Shown: one piece after another, positions 44,360 to 54,158 of the stretch
Position numbering within the stretch: position 1 is the stretch's first letter
Layout of the letters: the number at the start of each line of letters is the position of its first letter
Source: Polyangiales bacterium
GTDB taxonomy: Bacteria > Myxococcota_A > Polyangia > Polyangiales > Ga0077539
NCBI GenBank assembly: GCA_046351555.1
Contig: JAXLYI010000006.1
Coordinates: 314,284 to 378,283, forward strand
Direction of reading: 5' to 3'
Length of the DNA: 64,000 bases
Notes under the pieces: generated by a model
Database searches by the model: none
What the model was told of the DNA's origin: nothing
Seen by the model: the letters and a program-made list of their open reading frames with translations, nothing else
Position numbers and translations under genes: made by a program

Positions 44360-47300
44360 ATGCAGAAGTATGTTTTGATCGCCGCGGCGGCGATGCTCGT
44401 CGCGTGCAATGACGAGCGACCCACAGCCGGTGACGCGGCCGCCGACGCGGCTGCCGACGTGACCGTTGACGTGGCCGTTGACGCGGCCGCCGACGTCGCC
44501 GCTGACTCGCTGGCCTCCCCCGACGTCGCGGCGGACCAGCCCCCTCCGACGGACGCTGGCGACGCCTCGCCCGACGCGCCATCCGAAGACGTTCCCGTCC
44601 CACCCGACGCGGCGCCTGATGCGCCCGGAGACGTCGCGGCGCCCGATGCGCCCGGAGACGTCGCGGCGCCCGACGCTGCGTCGACGGACGGCATGACGGT
44701 CGACGCGGCGACGGACGCGCCCGACGACCTCGGCGCCCGCTGCACGCCCGGCACCTCCCGCCCGTGCTACGGCGGGGCCGCGGGGACGGCGGGCGTCGGG
44801 CGGTGCCGCGCGGGGACGCAGTACTGCAACGTGTCGGGCGGCTACGACGCCTGCCTCGGCGAGCAGCTCCCCGCGGCGGCGGAGACCTGCGGCGACATGG
44901 TCGACGACGACTGCAACGGCATGGCCGACGACGGCTGCGGCGAGTGCTCCCCCGGCGCCACGCGGAGCTGCTACGCCGGCCCCGCCGGCACCGCGGGGCG
45001 AGGCCGATGCCGCGCCGGGACGCAGACCTGCGGCGCCGACCGGCGCTGGGGCGCCTCCTGCGCGGGCGAGGTCGTCCCCGGCGCCGAGACCTGCAACAAC
45101 CAGGACGACGACTGCAACGGCACGGCCGACGACGGCGCCGCGACCGCCGGCTGCGCCCTCGCCAACGCCACCGCGACGTGCCGCGCGGGGGCCTGCGCCG
45201 TGGCCGCGTGCGCGACGGGCTTCGGCGACTGCGACGCGGCGGCGGCCAACGGCTGCGAGACGGCGCTCGCCACCGCGACCGATCACTGCGGCGCGTGCGG
45301 CAGCGCGTGCGCCGCGGGGCAGACCTGCGCGGCCGGGCGCTGCGCCGGCGGCTCGGCGGACGACCTCGCGGCGGGCGGGGCCAACGCCTGCGCGATCCTC
45401 CCGGGCGGGCGCGTGGCGTGCTGGGGCGCCGACCAGTACGGGCAGCTCGGCAACGGGGCCACCGGCCACCGCGCGGCGCCCGTGTTCGTCTCGGGCCTCA
45501 ACGACGCGACGGACGTCGAGGCCGGCGCCCGCGCGCAGCACGTCTGCGCCATCCGCGCGGGCGGCGCGGTGGTGTGCTGGGGCGAGAACGGCAACTACCA
45601 CCTCGGCGACGGCACCAACGTGAGGCGCCTGACGCCGGTCGCGGTCGCCGGGCTCACCGACGCCGTCCAGCTCGCGCTGGGGTCGCAGCACACCTGCGCG
45701 CTCCGTCGCACCGGCCGCGTCGTGTGCTGGGGCTACAACGCGACCGGCCAGCTCGGCGACGGCACCACCTCGACGCGGCCCGTGCCGAGCGAGGTGCCGG
45801 GCATCGCCGACGCGACCCAGGTGGTCGCGGGGGCCGACCACACGTGCGCGCTGCGGGCGACCGGCGCGGTGCTCTGCTGGGGCCTCAACGCCAACGGGCA
45901 GCTCGGCGACGGGAGCCTCACGACGCGGCTGCTCCCCGTGACGGCCGGCGTGACGGGCGCCACCGCGCTCGCGGCCGGCGGCGCCCACACCTGCGTGATC
46001 CGGGGCGGCGGGGTGGTCACCTGCTGGGGGGTCAACAGCTCCGGGCAGCTCGGCGACGGCCTGCGGGCGGCCGGCCGTGCGGCGGCGGCGGACGTCGTCG
46101 GGGTCACCGACGCGGCCGAGCTCGCGCTCGGCTTCACCCACTCCTGCGCGAGGCGGCGGGGCGGGGCGGTCTCCTGCTGGGGGTACAACGGGGCCGGCGC
46201 GCTCGGCGACGGGACCTCCACCGACCGCCTGACGCCGGTGCCGGTCGCGGGGCTCGCGGACGCCGCGCGGCTCGTCGCGGGCGGCGGCTTCACCTGCGCG
46301 CGGCGCACCTCCGGGGCGGTGGCGTGCTGGGGCGACAACACCGTCGGCCAGCTCGGCGACGGGCGGCTGAACAACCGCCCGCTCGCCAACCGGGACATCC
46401 AGGGCATCCCCGGCCCGCTCCCCTGCACGGGCGCCGGCTGCGCGCTCCCGATCTCCGCGGGCTCGGACGCCACCTGCGCGGTCCGGCCCGGCGGGGCCGT
46501 CTCCTGCTGGGGCGGCAACGGGGTGGGGCAGCTCGCCGAAGCCGACGCCGCGCCCCGCTCCGCGCCCTACCCGGTGACCCTCCCCGCGGCCGCGACCCAC
46601 GTCGCGCTCGGCGGGGGCCACGCCTGCGCGCGACTCGCGACGGGCGCGGTCGCCTGCTGGGGCGCCAACACCTCCGGCGAGCTCGGCGTGGCGTCGCCCG
46701 CGAGCAGCGCGACGGCGGTCGTCGTCGCCGGGCTCGCGGACGTCGTGGAGGTCGTGAGCGGCGCCTACCACACCTGCGCCCGTGTGACGGACGGGCGGGT
46801 GCTCTGCTGGGGCCAGAACTCCCTCAACCAGCTCGGCGAGGGGAGCACCGGCAACCGCTCCATTCCGGCGGCGGTCGGCGGCGGCGCCTCGCCCGTCGCC
46901 GATGCGTCCGCGGTCGCGGCGGGCAGCTATTCGACCTGCGCGATCCGCGCGGGCGGCGCGCTGTGGTGCTGGGGGTACAACCGCGACGGGCAGCTCGGCG
47001 ACGGCACCACGACGGCGCGGTCGCTGCCGGTGCAGGTGCGCGCGCCGGACGGGATGGTGGGCGCGTTCACCGGGGTCGAGCAGGTCGCCGTGGGCATCTC
47101 GTTCGCCTGCGCGCTGCGCGGCGGGGCGGTGTCGTGCTGGGGCGACAACTCCGCGGGCCAGCTCGGCGACGGGACCACCACGACGCGCGCCACCGCGGTC
47201 ACCGTGCCGGGCCTCCGCGACGCGGTGGAGATTCGCGCGGGGGCTGGCCACGTCTGCGCCCGCCGCGCGACCGGCGCCCTGGTCTGCTGGGGGCGCAACG

Positions 47301-47539
47301 ACCTCGGGCAGCTCGGCGCGGGCACGATGATCAACGCCCGCGCGCCGACCGCCGTCGTCGGCATCACCGACGCGGTCGGGCTCGCGCTCGGCGACCAGCA
47401 CACCTGCGCGCGGCTCGCGAGCGGGGCGGTGACGTGCTGGGGCTACCGCACGGGCGGCAGGATCGGCGACGGGCTGGTCGAGGACGGCATGACGGTGTCC
47501 GTCACGGCCCCGGCGGGCGCGATCTTCAGCCTGCCGTGA
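44360..47539 (+). CDS. Large lipoprotein with an Asp/Ala/Pro-rich region, then Cys-rich myxobacterial metal-binding-like repeats, then a multi-blade RCC1 (regulator of chromosome condensation) repeat beta-propeller.
   Basis: The lipobox is AAMLVACN. Cys-rich repeats include CYGGAAGTAGVGRCRAGTQYC and GFGDCDAAAANGCE. At least 12 RCC1-like blades follow (V.CWG.N..GQLGDG...R..P). Confidence 0.85.
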   Translation: MQKYVLIAAAAMLVACNDERPTAGDAAADAAADVTVDVAVDAAADVAADSLASPDVAADQPPPTDAGDASPDAPSEDVPVPPDAAPDAPGDVAAPDAPGDVAAPDAASTDGMTVDAATDAPDDLGARCTPGTSRPCYGGAAGTAGVGRCRAGTQYCNVSGGYDACLGEQLPAAAETCGDMVDDDCNGMADDGCGECSPGATRSCYAGPAGTAGRGRCRAGTQTCGADRRWGASCAGEVVPGAETCNNQDDDCNGTADDGAATAGCALANATATCRAGACAVAACATGFGDCDAAAANGCETALATATDHCGACGSACAAGQTCAAGRCAGGSADDLAAGGANACAILPGGRVACWGADQYGQLGNGATGHRAAPVFVSGLNDATDVEAGARAQHVCAIRAGGAVVCWGENGNYHLGDGTNVRRLTPVAVAGLTDAVQLALGSQHTCALRRTGRVVCWGYNATGQLGDGTTSTRPVPSEVPGIADATQVVAGADHTCALRATGAVLCWGLNANGQLGDGSLTTRLLPVTAGVTGATALAAGGAHTCVIRGGGVVTCWGVNSSGQLGDGLRAAGRAAAADVVGVTDAAELALGFTHSCARRRGGAVSCWGYNGAGALGDGTSTDRLTPVPVAGLADAARLVAGGGFTCARRTSGAVACWGDNTVGQLGDGRLNNRPLANRDIQGIPGPLPCTGAGCALPISAGSDATCAVRPGGAVSCWGGNGVGQLAEADAAPRSAPYPVTLPAAATHVALGGGHACARLATGAVACWGANTSGELGVASPASSATAVVVAGLADVVEVVSGAYHTCARVTDGRVLCWGQNSLNQLGEGSTGNRSIPAAVGGGASPVADASAVAAGSYSTCAIRAGGALWCWGYNRDGQLGDGTTTARSLPVQVRAPDGMVGAFTGVEQVAVGISFACALRGGAVSCWGDNSAGQLGDGTTTTRATAVTVPGLRDAVEIRAGAGHVCARRATGALVCWGRNDLGQLGAGTMINARAPTAVVGITDAVGLALGDQHTCARLASGAVTCWGYRTGGRIGDGLVEDGMTVSVTAPAGAIFSLP
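44618..44671 (+). repeat. Perfect 27-nt direct tandem duplication inside the RCC1 lipoprotein gene, encoding DAPGDVAAP twice.
   Basis: gatgcgcccggagacgtcgcggcgccc occurs twice in succession. Confidence 0.8.
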
Positions 47540-47816
47540 CCTCCGGCGGACGTCGCCGCGCAGGTGCTCGCCTCGCTCGACGCGCGCCCGCGCTGACGCC
47601 CGTCGCGCCACCCACCGCCGCCGCAACCCACCGTCGGCGCCTCCGCGCGGCATCCGCTGCCACCGCGAGGCCCCCTCCCAGCCTCCGCGCGGCATCTGTT
47701 GCCGCCCCGCCGCCCCTGCGCCCCCCGCTGCCCGCCATCTGCTCCCGCGTGCGGGCACCGGACGCGCCTCCGTCCGGCATCCGTTCGCGCGCCTCACACT
47801 CCGGCGCGCCCCGCCG

Positions 47817-48665
47817 TTGTTCGCGGTGATGCGTTCATCCTCTGCCAAGGCGAAGGCCGCCGCGCGCTTCGTCCTCCCGCCGCAGCTCCTCGGGGCCGCG
47901 GCGCTCGCTGCGTTCCGCGAGGAGGCCCAGAGCCTCGCGGACGATCAGGTCGTGGGGTTCAACGTCGACCCCGCGGTCATGATGGCCAACCTGCGCACCG
48001 GCGTCGCGTCGGTGCACCCGCGCCTCGGCGAGCTCGTCGAGGCGCGGCCCCGCACGAAGGTGCCGTGGATCCTCTCCATCGCCAACCTCGGCCACGCGAT
48101 CGAGTACGCGGTGGCCAACTGCAACACCGCCCCCGCGGTGTCGCGCGCCGAGCTCGACGCGAAGTACGCCGAGCTCCAGCGCTACCGGGAGCCCGCGCTC
48201 CACTTCGCCCGCGGCCTCGCGTCCGACCTCTTCGCGAAGCTCCCCGCGCAGGAGGTGAGCGCCATCGAGGCGGGCAAGGGGTACTACGACCACGGGCAGG
48301 ACGGCGTGTCGCTCGCGTCGCTCTTCCGCCGCCACGCGGACGAGATCGCGGGGATGCACCCGTTCACGCCCGCGCAGCTCTCCACCATGGAGCACCTCGG
48401 CGCCGAGGTGGCCGCGTCGGTCACGCCCGGCGGCGCGCGCCCGAAGGACCGCGTCGCCGTCGGCGTCTCGCCCGCGCTGCGCGACCGGCTCTGGACGCTG
48501 CTCCGCCAGCGCCACGCCGAGCTGCGCAAGTGCGGCGTCGAGCTCTTCGGCGAGGACGAGGTCGACGAGAAGGTGCCGCGCCTCAACCGCCGCGTGCAGG
48601 TCGTCAGCGCCCCGCAGAACGACAACGGCGGCGGCGAAGAGCCCGCGCCCGCCCCCGACGCCTGA
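47817..48665 (+). CDS. Hypothetical protein (282 aa, TTG start in the track), directly upstream of the STAND NTPase gene.
   Basis: GC3 is high and the protein is helical and non-repetitive. No family was recognised. Confidence 0.45.
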   Translation: MFAVMRSSSAKAKAAARFVLPPQLLGAAALAAFREEAQSLADDQVVGFNVDPAVMMANLRTGVASVHPRLGELVEARPRTKVPWILSIANLGHAIEYAVANCNTAPAVSRAELDAKYAELQRYREPALHFARGLASDLFAKLPAQEVSAIEAGKGYYDHGQDGVSLASLFRRHADEIAGMHPFTPAQLSTMEHLGAEVAASVTPGGARPKDRVAVGVSPALRDRLWTLLRQRHAELRKCGVELFGEDEVDEKVPRLNRRVQVVSAPQNDNGGGEEPAPAPDA

Positions 48666-48701
48666 GCGTCGCCCGCCCCTCTCTGCCGCATCGACGCCCG
48701 C

Positions 48702-51700
48702 GTGGAGACCGTTGCGCTCCGCGCGGGATTGCGTACCGTGCGGCCGATGGAGATCGGGTTCTCGACGCTCGACCGCCGCCGCCTCGAAGACCTGAAAGAT
48801 ACGGACTTCGAACGCTTCTGTGAGGAGCTCGTCCGCTTCGAGGCGCGCGAGCGCCACGTCGACGCGGCCGTCCGCGGGCCGCTGAGGTCCGGCGAGGTCG
48901 ACGGCGGCAAGGACCTCCTCCTCGTCGTTCAATCCCCGCCGCGCCGGAGTCGTGCTCAGTTTCCAGAGGCGCTGACCGAGGACGGATTGAGCGAGACCTT
49001 CTTCTCGTGCAAGGCCGGCGCGGACTGGCAGGCCGATGTGAAGGACGACGCCGCGCGCAAGGGCGGCATGGCCCGCGTGCTGGCGCGCGGGGGCCGCTTC
49101 ACCCTGCTCGTCAACCGGCCCGTGGACGTCGAGCGCCTCACGGAGAGCGCCCCGAAGGCGTCGAAGGCACGCGCGAGGAAGAGCTTCGTCCGGCAGGTCG
49201 CGGAGCTCGCTTCGAAGGCCATGGCGGGCGCGCGGAAGAAGCCGCCGAGCGTGGAGGAGATCGAGGCCCGGATCACGATCTACGACGCGAACGCGATCGT
49301 CGCCTTCCTGCGCGTCCACCGCCCGTCCCTCGGCGCGGAGTTCAAGCGCGCCCTCGGGATCGTCGAGCCACCCGGCGTCGTCTCCGTGGAGCGTTGGCGC
49401 CTGGAGCAGAAGCGCGGCCCGCGGAAGCTGCCGGACTTCGCGCGCGACGCGGCGCGCGAGCGGGCCATCGCGGAACTCCTGGCCATGTTCGAAGGTGGGG
49501 AGTCGCGCGCGGTGTGGATCGACGGCGCGCCGGGCATCGGCAAGACGCGGCTCGTCCTCGAGGCGCTCACGCGCGCCCGCGATCACCAGCCGCGCGTCTG
49601 CGTCGCGCCGCGCGAGCCCGTCGGCGCGGAGGCCCTCGAACGCTACGACCTCGTCGCGAAGATGCCCGAGGTGATCCTCGTCATCGACGAGTGCCCCGCG
49701 AGCCGGGTCCATCTTCTCTACAGCAAGTTCGCCGCCGCGGTGGACGACTGCGGCGAGGCCGCGCGGCGCGCGTGCCTGGTGCTCATCGGCCCGCCCGGCG
49801 AAGCCATCGCGCCCTTGGGCCTCCGCCGGATGCCGCTGGAGCCGCTCGGCGACGACGCACTCCGTCAGGTCATCGAACGGGAGTACCGCGGGGACGCCGC
49901 CCAGGTCGACGCCGTGCTCCGGCTCGCGGAAGGCTTCCCCTGGTACGCGGTGTTGTTGGCGAGGGAGTTCGGCCGCAGCAACGTCTCGCCGACGGACGGG
50001 GCCGACACGAGCTTCGCGGCGAAGGTCGCCATCGCCCCGCTGCCCACCACCGGCTCGGGGGACGACGAGTGGAGGCGGGAGGTGCTGGCAAGGGCGCGGG
50101 CCCTGCTCGCGGTCATCCTGCTGGAACGGCGGCCCTGGCCGTCTCGCGACGAAGCCGCACGGACCGCGCTCTTCCGCGCGGTCGGCCTCCCCTCCTGGGA
50201 AGACCTGAACGACCGGATCCGGGCCTGCGTCGAGCGCGGCTTGATCCGCCAGAGCGAGGACACGGAGTTCCGCTATGTGACGCCGGCGGTGCTGGCGCGC
50301 GAGGTGCTGATCCTCCTGCTCACGCCGCCCGGAGGTGGCGGCCCCAGCCTGTGCCGCCACGCGCCGGAGCTCGCGGACGGCCTCCACGAGCGCCTCTCGG
50401 AGTTCGGCGTCCCGGACGGCCTGCAGCGCGAGCTCGCGCGGGAGACGCTCGACGACTGGCGAAACGCGCGCACGCTCCCCGAGCTCGCCCGCCGCGCCAG
50501 CCGGCGGTCTCTCCTGTTCGTCGCGACGCGGTGCCCCCTGGAGGCCGCGACGTATCTGCGCGAGGTCACCGCACGTCCCTTCCCGCAGGAAGAAGCCCCC
50601 CGGGCCATCGCCGCCGTGGCGCCGGCCCTCGGCCACCTCCTCTCGCGGCGCGGGTGCTTCGCCGAAGCGGAGGGGGCTCTCTTCCCGCTCGTCGTCGCGG
50701 AGAGGGGAGAGTCGATGCGGCCCGCGACGGACGTCTGGGCGAGGTCCCTCATGCCGGCGTGGGGGGAGACCTACGCGACGCATCGAGAGCGTGCGGACAC
50801 GCTCGCCCGACGGGTGCGGTCGGCCGGGGGTGAAGACCGCCTCGCCGCGCTCGCGGCGCTCGACGCCGTCGCCTCGTCAAACTGGTGGACCGTTCGGACG
50901 CCCCTCGACGGCGAATGGCCGAGGCCCGATCCGACGGAGGTGGTGCGCGCGACCGCCTTCGCGTGGCACCTGCTGGCCGAGCGAACCGCCGACCCGGACC
51001 CCTCCGTCGCTCATCGGGCGCAGGCGATCGTCTGCCGTCACGTGCGCAACGCCGTTCGCGCCGGGGTGGCGCTCGACGCGGTGGGCGAGCTCTCTCGCCG
51101 CGCGAATGGGTGGCCCGACGCGAGTCGCTCCGATCTCCGCGCCGCGCTCGACTTGATCGACCGATACGATGGCGCCTTCGTGGCGTCCGCGCCGGGCCTC
51201 GCGGAGCGCCTCGCCGCGCTGCGGGCGGCCCTGGAGCCTCGCACCTGGCGGGACCGTCTCTTCGACCGCGTCGCCCACTGGCATCCCGGCGCTTCGAAGG
51301 CGAGCGACGAGCGAGACGCGGACCGCGCGCTGGCGCGTGAAGGGATCGCGAACGGCGACCTCGACCGATCACTCGACTGGCTCGACGGGCCCGACGCGCG
51401 CCGCGCGAACGTGTTCATGCGCGGCGCGGGGGAGGTCGACGAGGCGCGCGCTCTGCTCCCGCACCTGCTCCAGCGGGTCCGCTCGGGTGCTTCGAAGAAC
51501 CCCCTCCTCCTCCCCCACTACCTCGGGGGCATGGCGGACGGCGGCGCGGGCGATGAGGTGATCTCGCTCCTCCGGTCGTGGAGGGGCGAGCCGGCGCTCG
51601 CTCGCACGACCTTCATGACGACATGGCTGCTGGGCGCCTCCGAGGAGGGCGTGGCGTGGATCCTCGAAGACCTTCGCGCAGGCGACCTGTGGCCTTCCGA

Positions 51701-52520
51701 CCTGCACCTGCTCGAATCCGGCCCGTGGGACCGGGACGTGTCGTGGCGGGCCGTCGAACCCCTGGTGACCGAGCTGCTCGGCGCCGAGGCGGCGCACGCG
51801 ACGCAGCTCGCGGCCTCCCTGCTCAACCGCCGCCTGCGGCGCGACCCCGACCTCGCGGACGCGATCGCACCGCAGCTCGCGCGCGCGCTGGCTCGGCTGA
51901 TGGCGGGCGCGGCCTCCGGCGAAGCGCTCGCGGCGCACGAATGCGAGGTCGGGCTCGATCAACTCCTGGCGCTCGGACGGCGCGGCGAGGTGCTGGAGCT
52001 GGCGTCGGAAGCGCTCCGGCGAGGACCGGAGTCCGCGGGCTTCGAGCACGCCTGGAAGGCGCTTCTCCAGATCGCGCAAGACGACGCCGTCGCGGTCTGG
52101 CAGCGCGTCGCTCCCGTGCTCGACGGGCCTCGCTCGGATGAGCTCCGTTGGGACTGGCGCTGGCAGGCCCTCGGCAGGCTCCTGCCCGCCGACGAGGTCC
52201 TCTCGTGGATCGGGGATGACTTCTGGCGCGCCCGCGTCGCGGGGAGCTTCGCCGTCGTCACGGAGGCCCCCCTGCCTCACCTCACGCGCTCGCTGCTCAT
52301 CCGATTCGGGGCGCGCGGCGACGTGGCGTCGATCCTCTACACCCGCGTCCTGTCCGCGCCTCCCCAGGCGGAGAGCCATGCGTCCTTTCTCCGCGAGCAG
52401 GTGCAACGGGCGCACGCCTGGGCCGCGGACGAGGACCCCGAGGTGGCGACCTGGGCGCGCCGATGCGAAGCCGGCCTACGGGAGAGCGCGGAGCGGTCGC
52501 TGCGGGCGGACGTCGGCTGA
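48702..52520 (+). CDS. STAND-type P-loop NTPase (1272 aa). It has an N-terminal nuclease-like (Mrr/PD-(D/E)xK-like, tentative) module and C-terminal helical (HEAT/TPR-like) repeats, making it an Avs-like antiviral STAND candidate.
   Basis: The Walker A is VWIDGAPGIGKTRLVLEAL. The Walker B is EVILVIDECP, followed by an arm/helical region. The N-terminus reads DFERFCEELVRFEARERHVDAAVRGPLRSGEVDGGKDLLLVVQ. A long alpha-helical C-terminal half is rich in Leu, Ala and Arg. Confidence 0.7.
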   Translation: METVALRAGLRTVRPMEIGFSTLDRRRLEDLKDTDFERFCEELVRFEARERHVDAAVRGPLRSGEVDGGKDLLLVVQSPPRRSRAQFPEALTEDGLSETFFSCKAGADWQADVKDDAARKGGMARVLARGGRFTLLVNRPVDVERLTESAPKASKARARKSFVRQVAELASKAMAGARKKPPSVEEIEARITIYDANAIVAFLRVHRPSLGAEFKRALGIVEPPGVVSVERWRLEQKRGPRKLPDFARDAARERAIAELLAMFEGGESRAVWIDGAPGIGKTRLVLEALTRARDHQPRVCVAPREPVGAEALERYDLVAKMPEVILVIDECPASRVHLLYSKFAAAVDDCGEAARRACLVLIGPPGEAIAPLGLRRMPLEPLGDDALRQVIEREYRGDAAQVDAVLRLAEGFPWYAVLLAREFGRSNVSPTDGADTSFAAKVAIAPLPTTGSGDDEWRREVLARARALLAVILLERRPWPSRDEAARTALFRAVGLPSWEDLNDRIRACVERGLIRQSEDTEFRYVTPAVLAREVLILLLTPPGGGGPSLCRHAPELADGLHERLSEFGVPDGLQRELARETLDDWRNARTLPELARRASRRSLLFVATRCPLEAATYLREVTARPFPQEEAPRAIAAVAPALGHLLSRRGCFAEAEGALFPLVVAERGESMRPATDVWARSLMPAWGETYATHRERADTLARRVRSAGGEDRLAALAALDAVASSNWWTVRTPLDGEWPRPDPTEVVRATAFAWHLLAERTADPDPSVAHRAQAIVCRHVRNAVRAGVALDAVGELSRRANGWPDASRSDLRAALDLIDRYDGAFVASAPGLAERLAALRAALEPRTWRDRLFDRVAHWHPGASKASDERDADRALAREGIANGDLDRSLDWLDGPDARRANVFMRGAGEVDEARALLPHLLQRVRSGASKNPLLLPHYLGGMADGGAGDEVISLLRSWRGEPALARTTFMTTWLLGASEEGVAWILEDLRAGDLWPSDLHLLESGPWDRDVSWRAVEPLVTELLGAEAAHATQLAASLLNRRLRRDPDLADAIAPQLARALARLMAGAASGEALAAHECEVGLDQLLALGRRGEVLELASEALRRGPESAGFEHAWKALLQIAQDDAVAVWQRVAPVLDGPRSDELRWDWRWQALGRLLPADEVLSWIGDDFWRARVAGSFAVVTEAPLPHLTRSLLIRFGARGDVASILYTRVLSAPPQAESHASFLREQVQRAHAWAADEDPEVATWARRCEAGLRESAERSLRADVG

Positions 52521-52537
52521 CCCGCCGCCCCCCGCCC

Positions 52538-54085
52538 TCACCCCCGCCGCGCCGCGCACAGCAGCCCGCGCTGCGCGATCTGCCGCGCGGCCTCCTCACG
52601 CACGCCCCAGTGCCGCGCGGTGAGCGCGAGCCGCAGCATCACCGCCCCCGCCTCGTCGCCGAGCGCCCGCGCGAGGCCCGCCACCAGCGCCTCCGCGGTG
52701 TACCCCTCGCCGTCGGACGCCTCGATCGCCGCCGCCACCGCCGCGCGGTGCGCCCGCATCACCTCCGGCGCCCACGCGAGCCCCGCGAACGTCTCGCAGC
52801 GCGCGGCCCCGGTCGCCTCGCGCGCCGCCGCGACGAGCGCGTCGACCGTCGCCGCGTCCCGCCGATGCACGAGGCACCACCGCGCCGTAGCGCCCACCGC
52901 GCCGCCCGCGGCCGCGAACGCGCGCAGCGCCGCCACGTGGTGGTCGCCGCCGCGCAGCCGGTCGATCGCGCCGAGGACGTTGTTCCGCACGCCCTCGTCG
53001 CCGACGTCGAACGCGAAGTCGAGCGCCGGCAGGTCGGCCGCCGTCGCGCGCACCAGCAGGGCGCAGGTGAGCTGCACGCGCCGCGCCCGGTCGCCGAGGG
53101 AGGCGAGCCACGCGCGGGCCGACGCGCTGTAGTGCTCGTGCCAGCGCGCGAGGAGCGCTGCCTCGACCTCCAGCGCGAGCGTCGCGCCGCGGACCAGCGA
53201 GGCCGCGAGGGCGGGGCCGTACGCCCACTCACGCAGGTGCCTCAGCGCGCGGGAGTAGCGCGCCCAGAGCGCTGCGTCGCGGGCGAGGCCGGGCGTCCGC
53301 GCGTGCGCGCTCCACCGGAGGACGGCGTTGCGCAGGCGCCGCGCGAAGAGGCCCGGGCCGAGCGCGTCGGCCAGCGCGCCGGTGGGGCCGAGCAGCGCGG
53401 CCTGCGCGCGCTCCCGCACGCCGGGGAGCTCGCGGAGCAGCGGCCAGAGGTCGGGGACGTCGTCGATCGCCTCGACCACGCCGTCGCGGCCCGCGAGCAC
53501 CTCGGCCCGCCAGTGGCGCGCGAGGAGCGCGAGGGCGCGCTCGTCGCGGCCGGCGAGGCGACCGGCGAGCCAGACGTCGCGCTCCTCGGGGGGAACGGGG
53601 GCCTCCGCCGTCCAGCGCGCGATCAGGGCGTCGAGCAGCGGCGACGCGGGCTCGTCGTTGTTGAGGACGACGGTGTGGAGCAACTGGAAGGCGGCCCGGG
53701 GCGCGAGTCCCTCGACCCACGCGAGCGCCTGCTCGACGAGCGCGGGCGCGCGGGCCGCGCAGAGCACCGCGGAGGCGGAGACAGGCGTCGGCGCGTCGGG
53801 GGCGCGGCGGCAGTGGAGGGCGCCCGCGGCCTCGCCGAGCAGCGCGCGGTAGCGGGGGACGGGCACGTCGACGCCGACGCGGACGAGCGCGGCGAGCGCG
53901 GCGGAGCAGAGGCGCCCGTCGACGTCGTCGTCGTGCACAACGGCGAGGAGCTCGTCGGCGAGCGCGGGGATGACGGCGTGGCCGACGAGCCCGAGGGCGG
54001 CGAGGCGGGCGTGGAGTTCGCCCTCGCGGCAGCGGGCGCGGAGGGCGGCGAGGCAGTCGTCGAGGGTGTCGAGCGGTGGGTTCAT
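52538..54085 (-). CDS. HEAT/PBS-lyase-like repeat protein, hypothetical.
   Basis: It is a 515-aa protein of helical Ala/Leu-rich repeats (ALRAFAAAGGAVGATARWCLVHRRDAATVDALVAAA...). The coding-strand assignment rests on GC3 and repeat regularity and is moderately uncertain. Confidence 0.5.
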   Translation of the reverse strand: MNPPLDTLDDCLAALRARCREGELHARLAALGLVGHAVIPALADELLAVVHDDDVDGRLCSAALAALVRVGVDVPVPRYRALLGEAAGALHCRRAPDAPTPVSASAVLCAARAPALVEQALAWVEGLAPRAAFQLLHTVVLNNDEPASPLLDALIARWTAEAPVPPEERDVWLAGRLAGRDERALALLARHWRAEVLAGRDGVVEAIDDVPDLWPLLRELPGVRERAQAALLGPTGALADALGPGLFARRLRNAVLRWSAHARTPGLARDAALWARYSRALRHLREWAYGPALAASLVRGATLALEVEAALLARWHEHYSASARAWLASLGDRARRVQLTCALLVRATAADLPALDFAFDVGDEGVRNNVLGAIDRLRGGDHHVAALRAFAAAGGAVGATARWCLVHRRDAATVDALVAAAREATGAARCETFAGLAWAPEVMRAHRAAVAAAIEASDGEGYTAEALVAGLARALGDEAGAVMLRLALTARHWGVREEAARQIAQRGLLCAARRG

Positions 54086-54158
54086 CGGGGGGCGCGCGGA
54101 AAAGCGCCGTCACCCGGGAGCGCGACCACACCCACCGGCGCGGGTACACTCGCGGGCC

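Noticed and set aside
44312-47848. A 1178-aa minus ORF and a 1021-aa plus ORF (44764..47829) over the RCC1 gene.
   Set aside because: The RCC1 repeat periodicity (CWG..GQLGDG) is only present in the 44360..47539 plus frame. The others are Arg/Gly/Pro-rich.
47835-50783. A 982-aa minus ORF.
   Set aside because: It is antisense to 47817..48665 and to the STAND NTPase, whose Walker A and B motifs lie in the plus frame. It has no motifs and its composition is Arg/Glu/Gly-rich.
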